A stretch of 61,958 nt of DNA, the filler included, from Choristocarpus tenellus KU-1152 (Eukaryota > Protista > Phaeophyceae), in the NCBI GenBank assembly GCA_964200185.2. It is 12 parts of 12 records of this genome, joined end to end, with 100 filler letters (N's around TTAATTAATTAA, not from the genome) between each part and the next. Parts side by side here need not be neighbours in the genome. Positions count along the whole stretch, not along the records: positions 22,528 to 27,030 come from CAXNAD020014255.1; positions 27,131 to 33,394 come from CAXNAD020008538.1; positions 33,495 to 40,261 come from CAXNAD020007394.1; 9 more parts are not named here. One strand, 5' to 3'. A program made the translations under genes and the position numbers. How positions within the stretch are numbered: the stretch's first letter is position 1; each line of letters begins with the position of its first letter. Positions 24,262 to 37,200 of this stretch are shown piece by piece. A model generated the notes under the pieces. It was not told where the DNA came from. It made no database searches and was given only the letters and a program-made list of their open reading frames with translations.

Positions 24262-26051
24262 ATGGGGGGAGATGCAACTCCTATTCTTGGAGCCTCCCAC
24301 GTCAATGATGCTAAGGTCGTCCGACCGTGTGATTTCACGAAATTGTCCTTGATCGGGCAAGGTAGTGCTGCCCTCGTCTACCTCGTACGTTCCAAGCGCA
24401 CAGGCGAACTTTCAGCACTAAAGGTGACACATAACCAAAGATGTGGGGGAGATTTGGCGAAGACATTGAACCTGAATTGAAATGTCTCGCAACAGCTAAT
24501 GATTTTTTTGAGTGATGCGATGGTTTTTCCTTGCGATTCATGCCTACTTTCAGAGATTTCTTTTTATTCAGTGGCGTTGTCCACCATCTTACCTTGTCCT
24601 TGACCAGGTCCAGCGAAAGGATGACCATGCTGTGCCGTGCAAGGTGGAAAGGGTGCACATGGAACGGGAGGTAATGGTTGCTGCTCGACACCCCTTGGTT
24701 ACCCCGCTGCACAGCGCATTTCAGGACACAAGGTATCTCTATCTTGCTATGGAATACTGCCCAGGAGGATCGTTGGACCATTTTGTGAGGTTAGTTGTTA
24801 GCAAGTTGCCCTGCTGGATGAGATGCGCGAACATGTATGCGTGATGCGACTCCGACTTGTGGGAATATGGCACATGAAATAATGGATGGAGGGTGTGTGG
24901 GATGACCAGGGCGTCCTGGATGACAGATGATGGATAGAGGGAGGGTGCCATCTCATGCTGCTGGATCTGTCTTGATGTGATGAAATAACGAGGCGCAGTT
25001 ATATCACACAGCTGGCAAGATTTAATTTCGCATGGATCTTGTTTTGCCCTTGTCTCAGGGTTGTTCTGAAGCGTAATCTATCTGAGGAGGAGACGAAGTT
25101 CTACGCCGCAGAGATAGCTCTCGGACTGGAGTTTCTCCATTCCAAAGGTATATTACGTACAGGCTATGATTTCTTGCATGATGTGCAGAATAAATTCTTA
25201 GACCTGCTTGGTTGCAGATTTGCCTCTGATCTTTTAAAGCGCGACATGGTGTTTTAAATAATCTGCAAGGTCTATACTCTTCAACTTCAGTGATAAATCG
25301 TTGTCGGTCTTGTCAATATTTTCTTGTCATCTAGACATCCCAGGCTACCTTTTCTTCTTTTTCTTGTTGCCTCGTACTCCCTTGCAGGGTACCGTTTCCA
25401 TTTGAGTGAATCCTATTACCAACTTGTGTGGAACACCCAACCTGGGGCACGTAAAGTGCGCACCCGTATTTCGCGTAGCATAGATGCGATGCAAGCAACT
25501 TCAAACTTCTACCTACTGTGAGTTGGTGGAGAGAAGTTTGTGACAAATACAAAGCGTCTCTCCTGTCTCTCTGTTTCTCTACTCTCCAACAAATGCCAAA
25601 ATATTGAGATCGAGAGATCTGGTATTTTAATCACAATAAAGACAAGAATCTGCAATAACTAACCTCTGTAACTTGTATCATCTCCATAATTTATTTTATT
25701 TTATTGTGCAGTGTTGACGAGTCTTTTATTTGCCCATTACGGAGTGTGTGTTGTATAGCACACATCTTACTGACAAGTGGGGAGGGGGGGCATAGGATAT
25801 CAAACTCTCCAGTAAAATTTTAGGTTTGTTCATTTTTTTTTTTAATGTGGGGAGTGGATATCTCTCGTTGACAACTGTCACGATGATACTGGGTGGCTGC
25901 ACTCGGTGTTCTCCTTGCCTAACCTCTTGATTTATTTATTTTTCCCCTGCTTTTAATCTTGTCCCGTGCTGATAAGGATATGTGTATAGAGACTTGAAAG
26001 CGGCAAATGTCCTGGTCTCCACCTCCGGCCACATCAAGCTCACAGATTTCG
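24262..26051 (+). CDS. AGC-group Ser/Thr protein kinase (N-terminal part, 4 exons)
   Basis: Exons 24262-24423, 24608-24789, 25059-25147, 25977-26051: DFTKLSLIGQGSAALVYLV, ALK, HPLVTPLHSAFQD..YLYLAMEYCPGG, KFYAAEIALGLEFLH, YVYRDLKAANVL, IKLTDF. Start codon uncertain. Confidence 0.92.
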
Positions 26052-26229
26052 GTGAGTAAATGGTCCTGATTCACGCTCAATATGAAAACCTCTTTTGTTC
26101 TGTTGTCGTTGCTAATATTTCTACGACTGCTGTTGTTATATCAGTGTTTTGTCTTCACTCTTTAGTCCAGGTGCTATCCCAACCTGTGTTCAGATTTCTG
26201 TCGTTACTACTCTATTTCTACAACTACTG

Positions 26230-26269
<40 letters not shown>

Positions 26270-28346
26270 TTTATTTTTTTCACCTCACCCTAGATGCTAT
26301 GCCAACCCGTGGTCCAGGCACTCTACACACTGCACCAATACACCAACTACGACGAATTGTATGTATTATACACATGTCACCAATCTTGCCTCCATTCTCT
26401 CGCTTTGGGTGGGTTCAGCAATTTCACTACCTCGTTGCTCCTTGACTACTTCAAATCTTGTACAGGGCTCGCCTCAATTTCGGCGCCATCTCGGCATTGA
26501 TCTCACTTCTTTTTTTTGTTTGTTTGTGGTAAAGCGACAGCAATAGATATGTGTGTGTGTGTGTGTGCCTACAATCCGTATCGCTCTCTGTTTGTGGAAT
26601 TGTAGTAGTCTTGTAAAGAAGATTTCTACGAAAAGAACGCTGATGTTGGTGGGTGGGACCCTACTTGACAACTGAGTCTCGAGGACGGTAGTTTGTTTTG
26701 TGCCTGGGTTCAGGGTTCAAACCAAGTCCAAAGGCAGGGTTGTGTTGTAGGGGAAGAAGCAAGGGGACCGTGTTTTGATTTATGCCGTGGGCGATGAGGC
26801 TCTGAACAATGAGGTATTAGTGTTTTGGCGTGTTCTCCCTCCAGTGGCTGTGACAGCAAACCATCACTGACGGAGATGTTTTTTATTTTTTTTTATTTTT
26901 AATGTCATGGCACCTCTGTATATTGCCAAGCACTGGAGTCAACATGGAAGATTGAAAGGCTGGTTGGGAACAAGGTATTCTTGTCCTCCTCGGTGAAAGG
27001 CTGAAGACCGTGGATGTTGGAATTCCCTCTNNNNNNNNNNNNNNNNNNNNNNNNNNNNNNNNNNNNNNNNNNNNTTAATTAATTAANNNNNNNNNNNNNN
27101 NNNNNNNNNNNNNNNNNNNNNNNNNNNNNNATCGTGTTTGTTGGGAAGTGTCAATATCCTTGTTCCGGACACATCTTTTCATAACATACACATTTTACCT
27201 ACTCTGAAACATTTTGGAGTAGGAACATGTCATAATACGCCATGGGAAGTCAAGCCCCAAATGGGCATACAAGGAAAAACTCGTTCCCTCTGAGATACTT
27301 TCACTCTCTCGTATGCGGAAAGACAAGGCAAACAAATGTTGAAATATGGGCCATTCTGCTGTATCGCTGTAGATACAACTCAACCTCCAGCTATCCAATA
27401 ATCGTAGTTGTCTGGCCTCTGCACAGTTTATCAAATGGATACTGAGTCATGAATGAACAAGAGGTTTCATGTAGAAGTGTCTATGTTCCACCTAATAATC
27501 AAAGTAGGTACCTGACACATTGATTGCAGGTGTAGGTTGCAACATGTTTTTCAGTGAAGGCGGACAGACTCAGTACTACAGACTACTTCTGTGAAAACTG
27601 TAGATACTTCAATCACCGTTGATAGGCATTAATTAGCCAGTATTTACACTCGTGTTTCAACCAGACACTGATACAGGAGAAAGACAAGGATATGGGACAC
27701 ACACTGCTTGCCATCTTGTTTTAATTTCTCCTATCACGTTTGTGTTCTAGAGTTTCTAATCAAGATAATACACATTTACAGAATCATGTTCTTCACCCGT
27801 TCATATAGCACCCTTGCTCATGAAACAAGACTCCTGAAAGGTATACATGCTGTTTTGCATTATTTTTCATTTCCTCCCCTGGGCAATATGCCATATTTTT
27901 ATCATTATCGTATACCCAAGAATTCCCAGGACGAAGTTGTCACTCCAGAAGAGAGGCACTAAAACTACAAGTCACCACAATTGAGCAAAGACCCTTTGTA
28001 ATGTACAAATAAAGTTTTCTGGACATTTCTAGTATCCATATAATACCATCGTGTATACCTTTCCGTTAGAATGACTAAGGGCATAATCAGCATCACCAAA
28101 GTGAGAGAACAAGTCTGGTTCCTCATCCGTTGAGGTCCAACTGGGTTGGAATCTCGGAAAATGTAAATTGTTAAGAGCCTCACACAATTTTCCCTTCGCC
28201 AGGTTCTATTTTGAATTCGCACCTGTCCTCTCAGCAATCTTAAGCTCCACTAAGACGTCTCTTCGCACACTAACCCAAATCTCTTCCCAACCTGCTCTTG
28301 TTACCTCTTCCTGGAAACATTTGACTCTGGGTTGCTACTAAGGCAG

Positions 28347-30855
28347 GTCGCCATTGACGTGGAACTGCTGGGATTCATCTACTACTGGGGTATGGAAATC
28401 AACAGCATCACTGGGATAGGTGTGACAGACTCTAGGCTAACCTCACCATATATTCTTATCACAACCTAGGCCAAGGCCTACTCCTTTGAACTAGGACCAT
28501 TGTCATCAATATCTGCGATCTTTGCGGAACTCTACCTAAACTGCATACAGATGTTGAAATCTCCTCCCCCCCTGCTCCTGGAGTCCCTCACCACTGTATT
28601 TGTCAATTTGCTCAACGTTTTCTTATTTTTTCTTGATTATTTTTCTACCTAGCTTCATGTATGCTGTGAGCCTCGTGAGTTAGGCTGAGCAAGTCCATCC
28701 GTGGTTAGCATTACTACAGTCGCCTGAATGAACTTGACTCAGTCTTCTTGGGTTTGCATTGTCAGAGTCCAAATGTGCCTGCCTGAAATTGGGATAGGAC
28801 TGGGATTGATGTAGGGTTTGGATAAGTCTGGATAGGGCTGCTAGTGCCAACAACTCAGTGCAGAAACCTAAATAACGTTTGAAAGAAAGGTTAGGCACAC
28901 TGACAAAATTTGGGGGGGAAACTCCACGAACATTGGGGGAGGTCCAGTGCACATAACAAAAGCTCAATATGTGCGTTGTTCTGAAGGTATTATCAGATGT
29001 GGTCTTATTGTGACCGATTTGAAAAGTTCGGTGAACTATCTGGAAGCTATATTCCAACCCTCCTCACCGCCTAACCCTTTTTTATTGCATTATTTGACCT
29101 CTATGCTCTGCATTGCATCCGGTTTTCCGACTCTATAGAGCTGATCATGGCAGTGGGCCTTGTGGTAGACTACATGGTGCATATTCTGCACTTTTTTCAG
29201 CACCAGGTAATGATCCAAATTTCCCATTCCTGTCCTCTCTGATCGAGATATTGACAATTTTGAGAACCTCGAATGAAATGCGCTCCTTGTTGCAAAGAAA
29301 TGCATGCTACAAGTGTCTTGTCCTAGCTCCCAACCAGGCTTGAGATTTACTTGTTACATCATGTTCTATAAAGAGTTGCAGTCTTTTAGCCTCAACAGTG
29401 TTTCACCTGATTCTTATCGTGTGCTCCTCTCCTCCCCTCCCTATGTATGACTCCTTCAACTCCTTCTCCTAGAATCCGTTCTTGATGAAGCATGACAGAA
29501 TTATACTAGCATTGGGAGAGATTGGTCCCTCAGTGCTGCTTGGGGCCACCACCACGTTCGTCGGTATCATCCCTTTGGCCTTTGCATCGAACGCAATCTT
29601 CCGAGTATTCTTCCGCATGTTCCTGTGTATCGTGACTTTGGGGGTGAGAGACAACTTGCCACTTTTTTTGCTGCTGAGACCTCAACCTTCTCCCATAGAG
29701 CAGCACTATTTGTGGGTAGTATATAAACCCCTACATATAAGTTTTTCTGATGTAGTACAATTCCTCTGGCTTACTTGTAACCTGATACTCGAAGCCCTAT
29801 GACCATGTACCTCAAAACAGTAGTGTATATGCATACAACCCGCCATATCCCTCGCTCCCTATGCCACTGCTTACCCAAATTCGATTCTCTTCATTGTCCA
29901 CAATTTCTTAGGTATACCATGGCCTGGTGTTTATCCCAGTGGCCTTATCCATCTTACCTGACCCACAAAAGACTTCTAAGGACTCCAGCGATGAGGTATG
30001 GGGTTCTCTCCCCTCCCCGTTTCTTCCACATTCTGCTCTTATTTCGGAGTATGCCATGCTTTTCGGAGTATTGAGGAAAATGAATGCTAGCTGTCACTCT
30101 CACCCCTCTCCACCTTGCTCCTGCTAATAATATCCCCAGCAATGCTAATGGTGGGAGTTGGTCTACACCACGGAGTGCATCTATGGCAGGGAGATAGACA
30201 CGTAGTGGGTATACAGTTGCTGGACAAGTGTCCTTACTTGTTCGAGAGTCTAGCAGTGTATCCTGTCAGACATGCAAAATGCAAAATAGGGTTCGGTATT
30301 TTGGGGTACAGGAATGAATGTGTGGACATATTGCTTCCGCAGGGACTAATACGTTTCTGGATATAGTAGCATTGCGAAATACTCCAGGATAGTGCAATCC
30401 TGTATATCTTTGCCTTCTGAAATGTAATAAGTAGTTAGTTCAGCACTGTTCAATGGAAGGCTTCGTTCAAATTTTGTTACTTGATTAGATAGCCACAATA
30501 GAGTCTTGTTTAAATGTTTCTGTACGAGGGACACTCCCCTTTGGGGCATATGCAGTATTGCTTACGCAGGAGCGAGGGCAAGCCTACGATGCAAGTATAT
30601 CTTTGTTATCAGTATAGGTTTCTGCAATACAGCAGCAACGTAGAAAGACAAAATATACATTTTTGTGTTCTGTCCATGGTGAATGTACAATGTGTAGAAG
30701 AGGATGACAAGTGTCCATGGTATTACATTTTTTGACCCTTTCAACCCATATATTTTCAACTTGGTCTTACTCAGGTCACTCCTCCTGTTCCTGATATGTT
30801 TACGTTGCACTGTCAGGTTGAAGGTGGTGAAAAAGGCGACAACATTGTCGCATGA
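28347..30855 (+). CDS. NPC1/Patched-family membrane protein, C-terminal exons
   Basis: Exons 28347-28419, 29139-29206, 29473-29643, 29912-29995 and probable last exon 30817-30855: LIMAVGLVVDYMVHI, ALGEIGPSVLLGATTTFVGIIPLAFA, IFRVFFRMF, YHGLVFIPVALS. Confidence 0.92.
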
Positions 30856-32239
30856 GAGCACATGTTCAGTAGAGCAATTTGTGCACTGCCCGCCGTACTT
30901 GTTGAAATAGAACTCCAGGCCAGCTATAGCCGCTGCACATCAAGCAGGATACAAATGCAACCTGGTAACTGGAGAGAGCAAGTCTTGCTTTGGTGCTTGA
31001 TGGTGTATGTTTGCTTGTTGAGGGTGGTGTTCATTTTCTGGCACATTGAGCAGTGTAGGGTCCCTCTGACGAAGACACGGCATCGCCTATCAATATGTGG
31101 TGCCAGAACGAAAGGAAATAGTTCAGATTACTTCCAACTCATACCAAGCAGCAAAATGGTAGTCTCTTAGCCTCATCAAAGCAAGTTGTAGGACCGAGAT
31201 TGCATGTGGCATAAGAGCATGCTGTAGCGTTCTGAGAACATCCGCTACATTCTTTTTGATGCTTGCCACTTTTCGTTAACAGACACATTGGTAAATTGCA
31301 CGAAAGATGGGTGAAGAAGGGAGTCAGTGAAATCATTGTTTGACCGGTCTGTCAAGAAAAGAAGGCAACTATTGTGCATAATTCGGTACTGATTCTTCTG
31401 CGCATTGGAGTACTTGAACGACTTGCTCGATTTATCTAACAGTACTGCTTTCTACATTTTCTGATCGCGGTTAAAAATACCTCTACAGATATTTTGGGTT
31501 CCCGAATAGTTGGACGGAATAAGTGAGGTTTGAAGGAGGCCTTTTGTGTATGTGTGAAATTTTGCCATCGCGTGTTGTTGAAGTGTATATCTCAACCTTG
31601 TCCTGGGTCCCCCCTTTCACTTTTTCCCTTTTCAAATTTTCCATTTCCAATCATTTTGTAAGACATGGTTGCTAGCGTCCCAGCTGGTGATTGAGATAAT
31701 AAAATACTTACAAAAACATAGCAAGCTCCTTCTCTTCGCCTGAGTCCATCCTCGGCTTCATTTGCCAACATATGATGGCGCCATACAAGAAAGAAAAAGC
31801 AGCTGGAGATGCATTGCAAACTAAAGCCCTAGTGGGAAGGAATGTTATCAAGCATTACAACCCAACAGACATAACAGCTCCTTGATTCCTTGCAGTCTAC
31901 ATTAACTTTTATCTTTCTCTATTGCTGGTAGTTGTGTTGGGTGTGGCCCATGGTATTTTGTAGGGCATTTTTGAGTCAAAACAATTGGGAGGTAGGCTGA
32001 TTCGGGTCATTTTGCATTCTAAGCCATCTTTCTTATCCTACACAATGCACTCTAGTTCATCGCTTTGTACCTATGTATTCAACAACACTGGTTATTTTCC
32101 TGTCTTTTAAATGTGTTCAGGTCAAGCATGTGCAAAGATTACTTAAAGCTCAATGGTGTTAGCAGCTCTCACAGCATTATCGATACACGCCATCAATTTT
32201 GCTCTTCGGTCCTATGCCTTCTCCATGGAATCCTATGAA

Positions 32240-32494
32240 GAGTCGAAGTATCTTAGGGTAGTTCAGCGTCCGTTTAAGGGCCAAATCCAATGTTGCGAGT
32301 TTGATGTAATTGCGGCTAATCGTGTTTGTTAGGAGGTGTCAATATCCTTGTTCCAGACACACCTTTCATAACGTACACATTTTACCTACTCCGAAATATT
32401 TCGGAGTAGGAAAGTGTTACAAAAAACCCGTGGGAAGTCAAGCCCCAAACGGACGAACAAGGCAAAACTCGTACCCTCTAAGATACGTTCACTC
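32240..32494 (+). mobile_element. Sola2-like MITE family A
   Basis: TIRs; TSD TGAA; perfect internal palindrome 32385-32410. Confidence 0.9.
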
Positions 32495-32825
32495 TGAAAG
32501 TCTCCCCCCTTGATCCTTCTATCTCCTCAAAGTGCACCTTCTCCTTGTTCTCTCACCTATGTCCCCCTTCCATCTACGAAATGCGGAGCTTCATCTATAT
32601 TTGTGTTCGTTCAAGGTCCTCCCTCATCATTCGCTTCTACGAGAAGGGCTCCTCCCTCCTTCCTACAGTACCCATTGTTATTTCCACCTCCATAATGTTA
32701 GGCTCCCCTGACACCATTCTGGCCCTGTTGTTGACCTGAATATTGCGTGTTCCCTCCTCTCTTCTTGCAAGGGAAGATGGAACTGCGTTTCATGACATAT
32801 ATTTCTGAGGTCTGACATAGTCTTG

Positions 32826-33208
32826 TACTCCCTCTGTCCCATATGTTTGGGTCATTAAGTTGTAGCTCTTCGGGATGACCTTAAAAAAAAAATGGACCTA
32901 TGCGTTGGAATAATTTACATTATTAAACTATGTCTCGCCTTTATTCGACACCATAAACCCACCAATCCAGGGCCGCTGTGGAGGCCGCTTGATCTACTTC
33001 GACTGATCTAGCCAACCTGCCCTCCCGCAGCCTTTTTTTGGTTTGGTGTGCTCTACCTCGAAATCGTTCCCCCTCAGCACCCTTAACACCTGATTGTACC
33101 TCTTAAACAGACTGCCACACCCTCTCGAGCATGTCTGCATCGTACGGGTGGAACATGTTTGAAGCCCCCAGTACAAGTTCATCAATGGTGCCATAACGCT
33201 TCGCCCAA
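32826..33208 (-). mobile_element. Plant-type mariner (DD39D-like) transposase C-terminal remnant with Stowaway-type TIR
   Basis: Minus strand TIDELVLGASNMFHPYDADMLERVWQS/LFKRYNQVLRVLRGNDFEVEH (one frameshift); terminus TA-CTCCCTCTGTCCC; cut by a family B MITE at 33209. Confidence 0.75.
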
Positions 33209-33494
33209 GGCTCAAAGTATCTGGGGGGGGGGGTGGCGGGTGTCCGTTTGGGGCCAATTTTTTTTATGTTGCGATTTTCGGGTGATTTGGTTACATACGT
33301 TGAATGGATAATGTAAGTGCACTTTTCCCGGTTATGACCTAAATGGACACCCTGGTGTAGACCCCCCCCACCCTTCTGGGGAACAAACGGTAAANNNNNN
33401 NNNNNNNNNNNNNNNNNNNNNNNNNNNNNNNNNNNNNNTTAATTAATTAANNNNNNNNNNNNNNNNNNNNNNNNNNNNNNNNNNNNNNNNNNNN

Positions 33495-33950
33495 TGGTGG
33501 GGCTGAAGTATTTTCTCCAAATTTGGCCTTAAGCGTAACACATCTTGGGTTCCACATGGACTTAGGACCTCAAACCAACTGCATTAGATTCGTCTAACCC
33601 CCCACAATTCCCATCAAATTTTGTTTGTCTAACTCGAAGTATTATAGAAGATATATAAAAAACTTCAATGCCAATTCCTTGCATAAAGTATCTACGAGAT
33701 AAATAGACCTGTAGCAGATTCTACGGCGGTTTAAATGCCTCCAGTCTACTTGGTGGGGCTGAAGTATTTTCTCCAAATTTGGCCTTAAGCGTAACACATC
33801 TTGGGTTCCACATGGACTTAGGACCTCAAACCAACTGCATTAGATTCGTCTAACCCCCCACAATTCCCATCAAATTTCGTTTGACTAACTCGAAGTATTA
33901 TAGAAGATATATAAAAATCTTTAATGCAACTTCCATGTATAAAGTATATA
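33495..33950. repeat. 256-bp tandem repeat, about 1.8 copies at a contig start
   Basis: TGGTGGGGCTGAAGTATTTTCTCC at 33495 and 33751. Confidence 0.9.
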
Positions 33951-34242
33951 CATAAACATACCAAAGTACTCGGAAGTATAATGTAACTGACCCATTTTTG
34001 TATTTACATATTTTTCGTCGTTGGACTAATGTGACACGTAGTGGACATGATCTGGACTTGCCACAAAAATGATAGATTGGCTAACAGTCTTGGTCTGTCC
34101 ATTTGGGGTCAATTTTCGCATGTTACAATTTTTGGGTGGTTTGGTTGAATACATCGGATGGATAATGTGAATGCACTTTTCCTTATTTTCGTCCAAATAG
34201 ACATCCTGGTGTAGATCTCTCCCCCCACAGATACTTTGGGTC

Positions 34243-37200
34243 AATCTGTATGCTTCAATCATCTCTGCACACTGAGGAATTTCCTTTACTTTCCGCCAGA
34301 CATCAATAGCTGGAGCAAAACCTCTAAATCTAAGCCAGTATGAATAGTTATGTGGGGATTTACTACCACACCAGGTTTATGGTCTGCAATACCCTCAACA
34401 AAGTATGAACCTAAAGCTGATTGAACGCTCGAACCTCGTTCTATATCTGGTTCAGGTATTATTCGCCCAGAAATAAAGAATTGAGAGAGTCAATATCTGT
34501 TGCAGGAGAGTGGCCCTCTTTGTGTGGTTTAAGTCGTGCTATTTGCACAGAAATTTCTCAACGGTCGGCCTGCGCCTTCACACAGTAGACTATCGGGGTT
34601 GTTCTCTCTTCTACTTCATATGATCCTTTCCACAGGGACAGTAACTTAGGGTTAGGAGTGTCTGCCAAAGTGTGGGGTTTGTGCAGCCACGCCATAGCAC
34701 CAACTTCATAAATAGGAATGATGTGTTTAGTGGCCTTGGACTCGTTGCGCAAAACCATCTCACCAATATTCTGCCTTGCCAGTTCATATGCCAGTTGTAA
34801 CTTATCCACTGTGTGCTTACTGTATTCTTGGGTAGAAATAGGCATGGCCTCTGGTTCTCCCATAATGATATCGATTGGTAATGTAGGATGTCTCCCAAGC
34901 ATTAAATAAAGGGCGTTTCTTGTACAGTGATATTATAATCGGTATTGTGAGCGAGTTGCACAAAAGGCAATAATGGCGCGCAATCCGATTGATTCATACT
35001 GGAATATATAGCTAGCATGTCATGCATTGCCTTGAGGTCAATAAGGTGTTTTTGTTTTCTTGTATCCATAGATCTTTTGAAGTTCCAGGATCAGTATATT
35101 TTCAAACTCCTCATCCTGGTCTTGAGTGCAAAGTTTCTGGGCGCCAAAACACTGATTCTGTTAATGCTTTTGCTACAGTTGCTTCTCGTTTGTCAGGAAT
35201 AGCACTGTGCAAAGCAAACCTCGTTAAATGGTCGACAGCAGTCAAGGCATCAGTATTTTTCTCTGATTGAGTATTGTAATTTACCAAACCAATTGCCACT
35301 CTCTGAAATGGGCGTGTTACTGGCATATGCCCTGGAGGATTTGATGGTTAGAAGGGGTTATCTTGCGGCTTTGGCATGATTGACATGTTTCACACCAAGC
35401 TCGAACATCTTTATGTAAAGTGGGCCACCCAAAACGGTCACGAATTCGATCAAAAATGTGCTTGAATGCAAGGTGTCCTGAGACTTTATGGTCATGAAGG
35501 GCGTAAAAGTATTAAACATTGTATCTCAGTGGGTACCAGAATTGATCTTTGAATTTATCGATCTTTCAAAGGTGACCGGTACCGGGTTGATATGATTTGT
35601 ATAACATCTGTTTGCCTTCCATTTCTTGTGTGAAAAAGTAAGAAATGGTATACATTGTTTCGTTTTTTGGTAAGAGGGCTTTTTCTGGATTAGCCAAATA
35701 TTTGAAAGAGTCTCCATATTGAGCTTGTTGAGCTTTGCATGGTACTTCAGGATCCACTGTTTGGAAAACATTAACGGCGCTAGTGAATAGTTCCGTATCA
35801 TTTTGTACTCTGGTAATTTCACCTAGTTTATCCACTGATAGATCATATGCAGGGTAAACCTTGGGTGTGGAGACATCCAACTCTGTTTGGCCTTTATTAC
35901 GGCACAGTGGGGCTAGTGGAGGCGGTGTTTCATCCAACATAAATTCCTCCAACCGTGTCTGGGATAACATCTCTGGAATGTAGTATAAACTTTCCGGCTT
36001 ATGTAAAACTGTGAAGTCAAAAGCTTGTAAGGATAAGGCCCACCTGGTCAACATATTGGAAGTATCTTGTATTGTATGTAACCAACGTAATGCCGAATGA
36101 TTACTTACAACTGTAAAGTGCTTTCCCCAAATATATGGGCGCCAATGTATGATGGCAAGAATGACGGCCAGGTATTCTTTCTGAGTCGCTGAATATCGTC
36201 TTTGGGTTGTGGCTTAAAAAGAGCACTGTGGTAGGCGACAATTTGGAAACTATCGTCCTCAATTTTTATGTGCCAAGAAAGCTCCCATGCCAACATTGCT
36301 AGCGTCCAAGTGAATAAAAAACTCTCGAGTAAAATCTGGAAAGCTTAACACTGGCGCCATAGTTAATAGACGTTTACACCCATTAAAAGAATTTTGCTGT
36401 GTTCGTCCCCATAGTTGAGATAGACCTTTTTCCTTTCCAGACTTTTTCATACTTTTTCTTGTAAGTGACACCAGGGGCTCGGGTATTGTAGCCAAATGGG
36501 GAATATAATTCCTAACACAGTTCATGGAACCTAGAAAGGATTGTAATTCCTTCACAGATTTAGGGGCTTTCAGAACGGTAATAGCCTGGATTCGATCTGG
36601 TGACACAGCATTACCATTGGGGCTGACTTCATGTCCCAAATAATGAATTGATTATTAGCCAAATTGGGCTTTAGAGGGTTTAAGGGTGACTCCTATTTGC
36701 TGCAGTAACGACAATACGCTCTTCAAGAAGTTGAATATGATGGTTCCACGTTGGGGAGGCTAGTACAATATCGTCAAGATAAATCAGTAAGCCCATACTT
36801 AGCGTTGAAAATGTTTCAGACATAAAGCGTTGATATATCCATGGTGCATTAGAAACACCAAAGGGTAGCCTTTTGAACTCGTATTTTCCATCCGGTGTAA
36901 CAAAGGCAGTTTTTTGGCGTTCGCTAGAGTTGGTGATGGATAATTGCCAGTAGGCTGACTGAACATCGAGACACGACAGGTATTTTTCTCCCCCTAGTGT
37001 ACCCAAACAATCTTCCATAGATGGTAATTGCCTGGAATTATGTACCAAATTTTTGTTTTTATGAGAGTCTAAAGTCTACACAGAATCGAGGAGACCCATT
37101 AGGTTTTGTAACTATGGTTACTGGTGACGCCCAAGGACTTGAGGAGGATTGAATTATTCCCTGATTTTCCATGTCCTCCACATAACTACGTATTGTTTCG

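Noticed and set aside
27965-28240. GDADYA motif suggesting a Copia RNase H remnant
   Set aside because: One short motif in otherwise unrecognisable sequence
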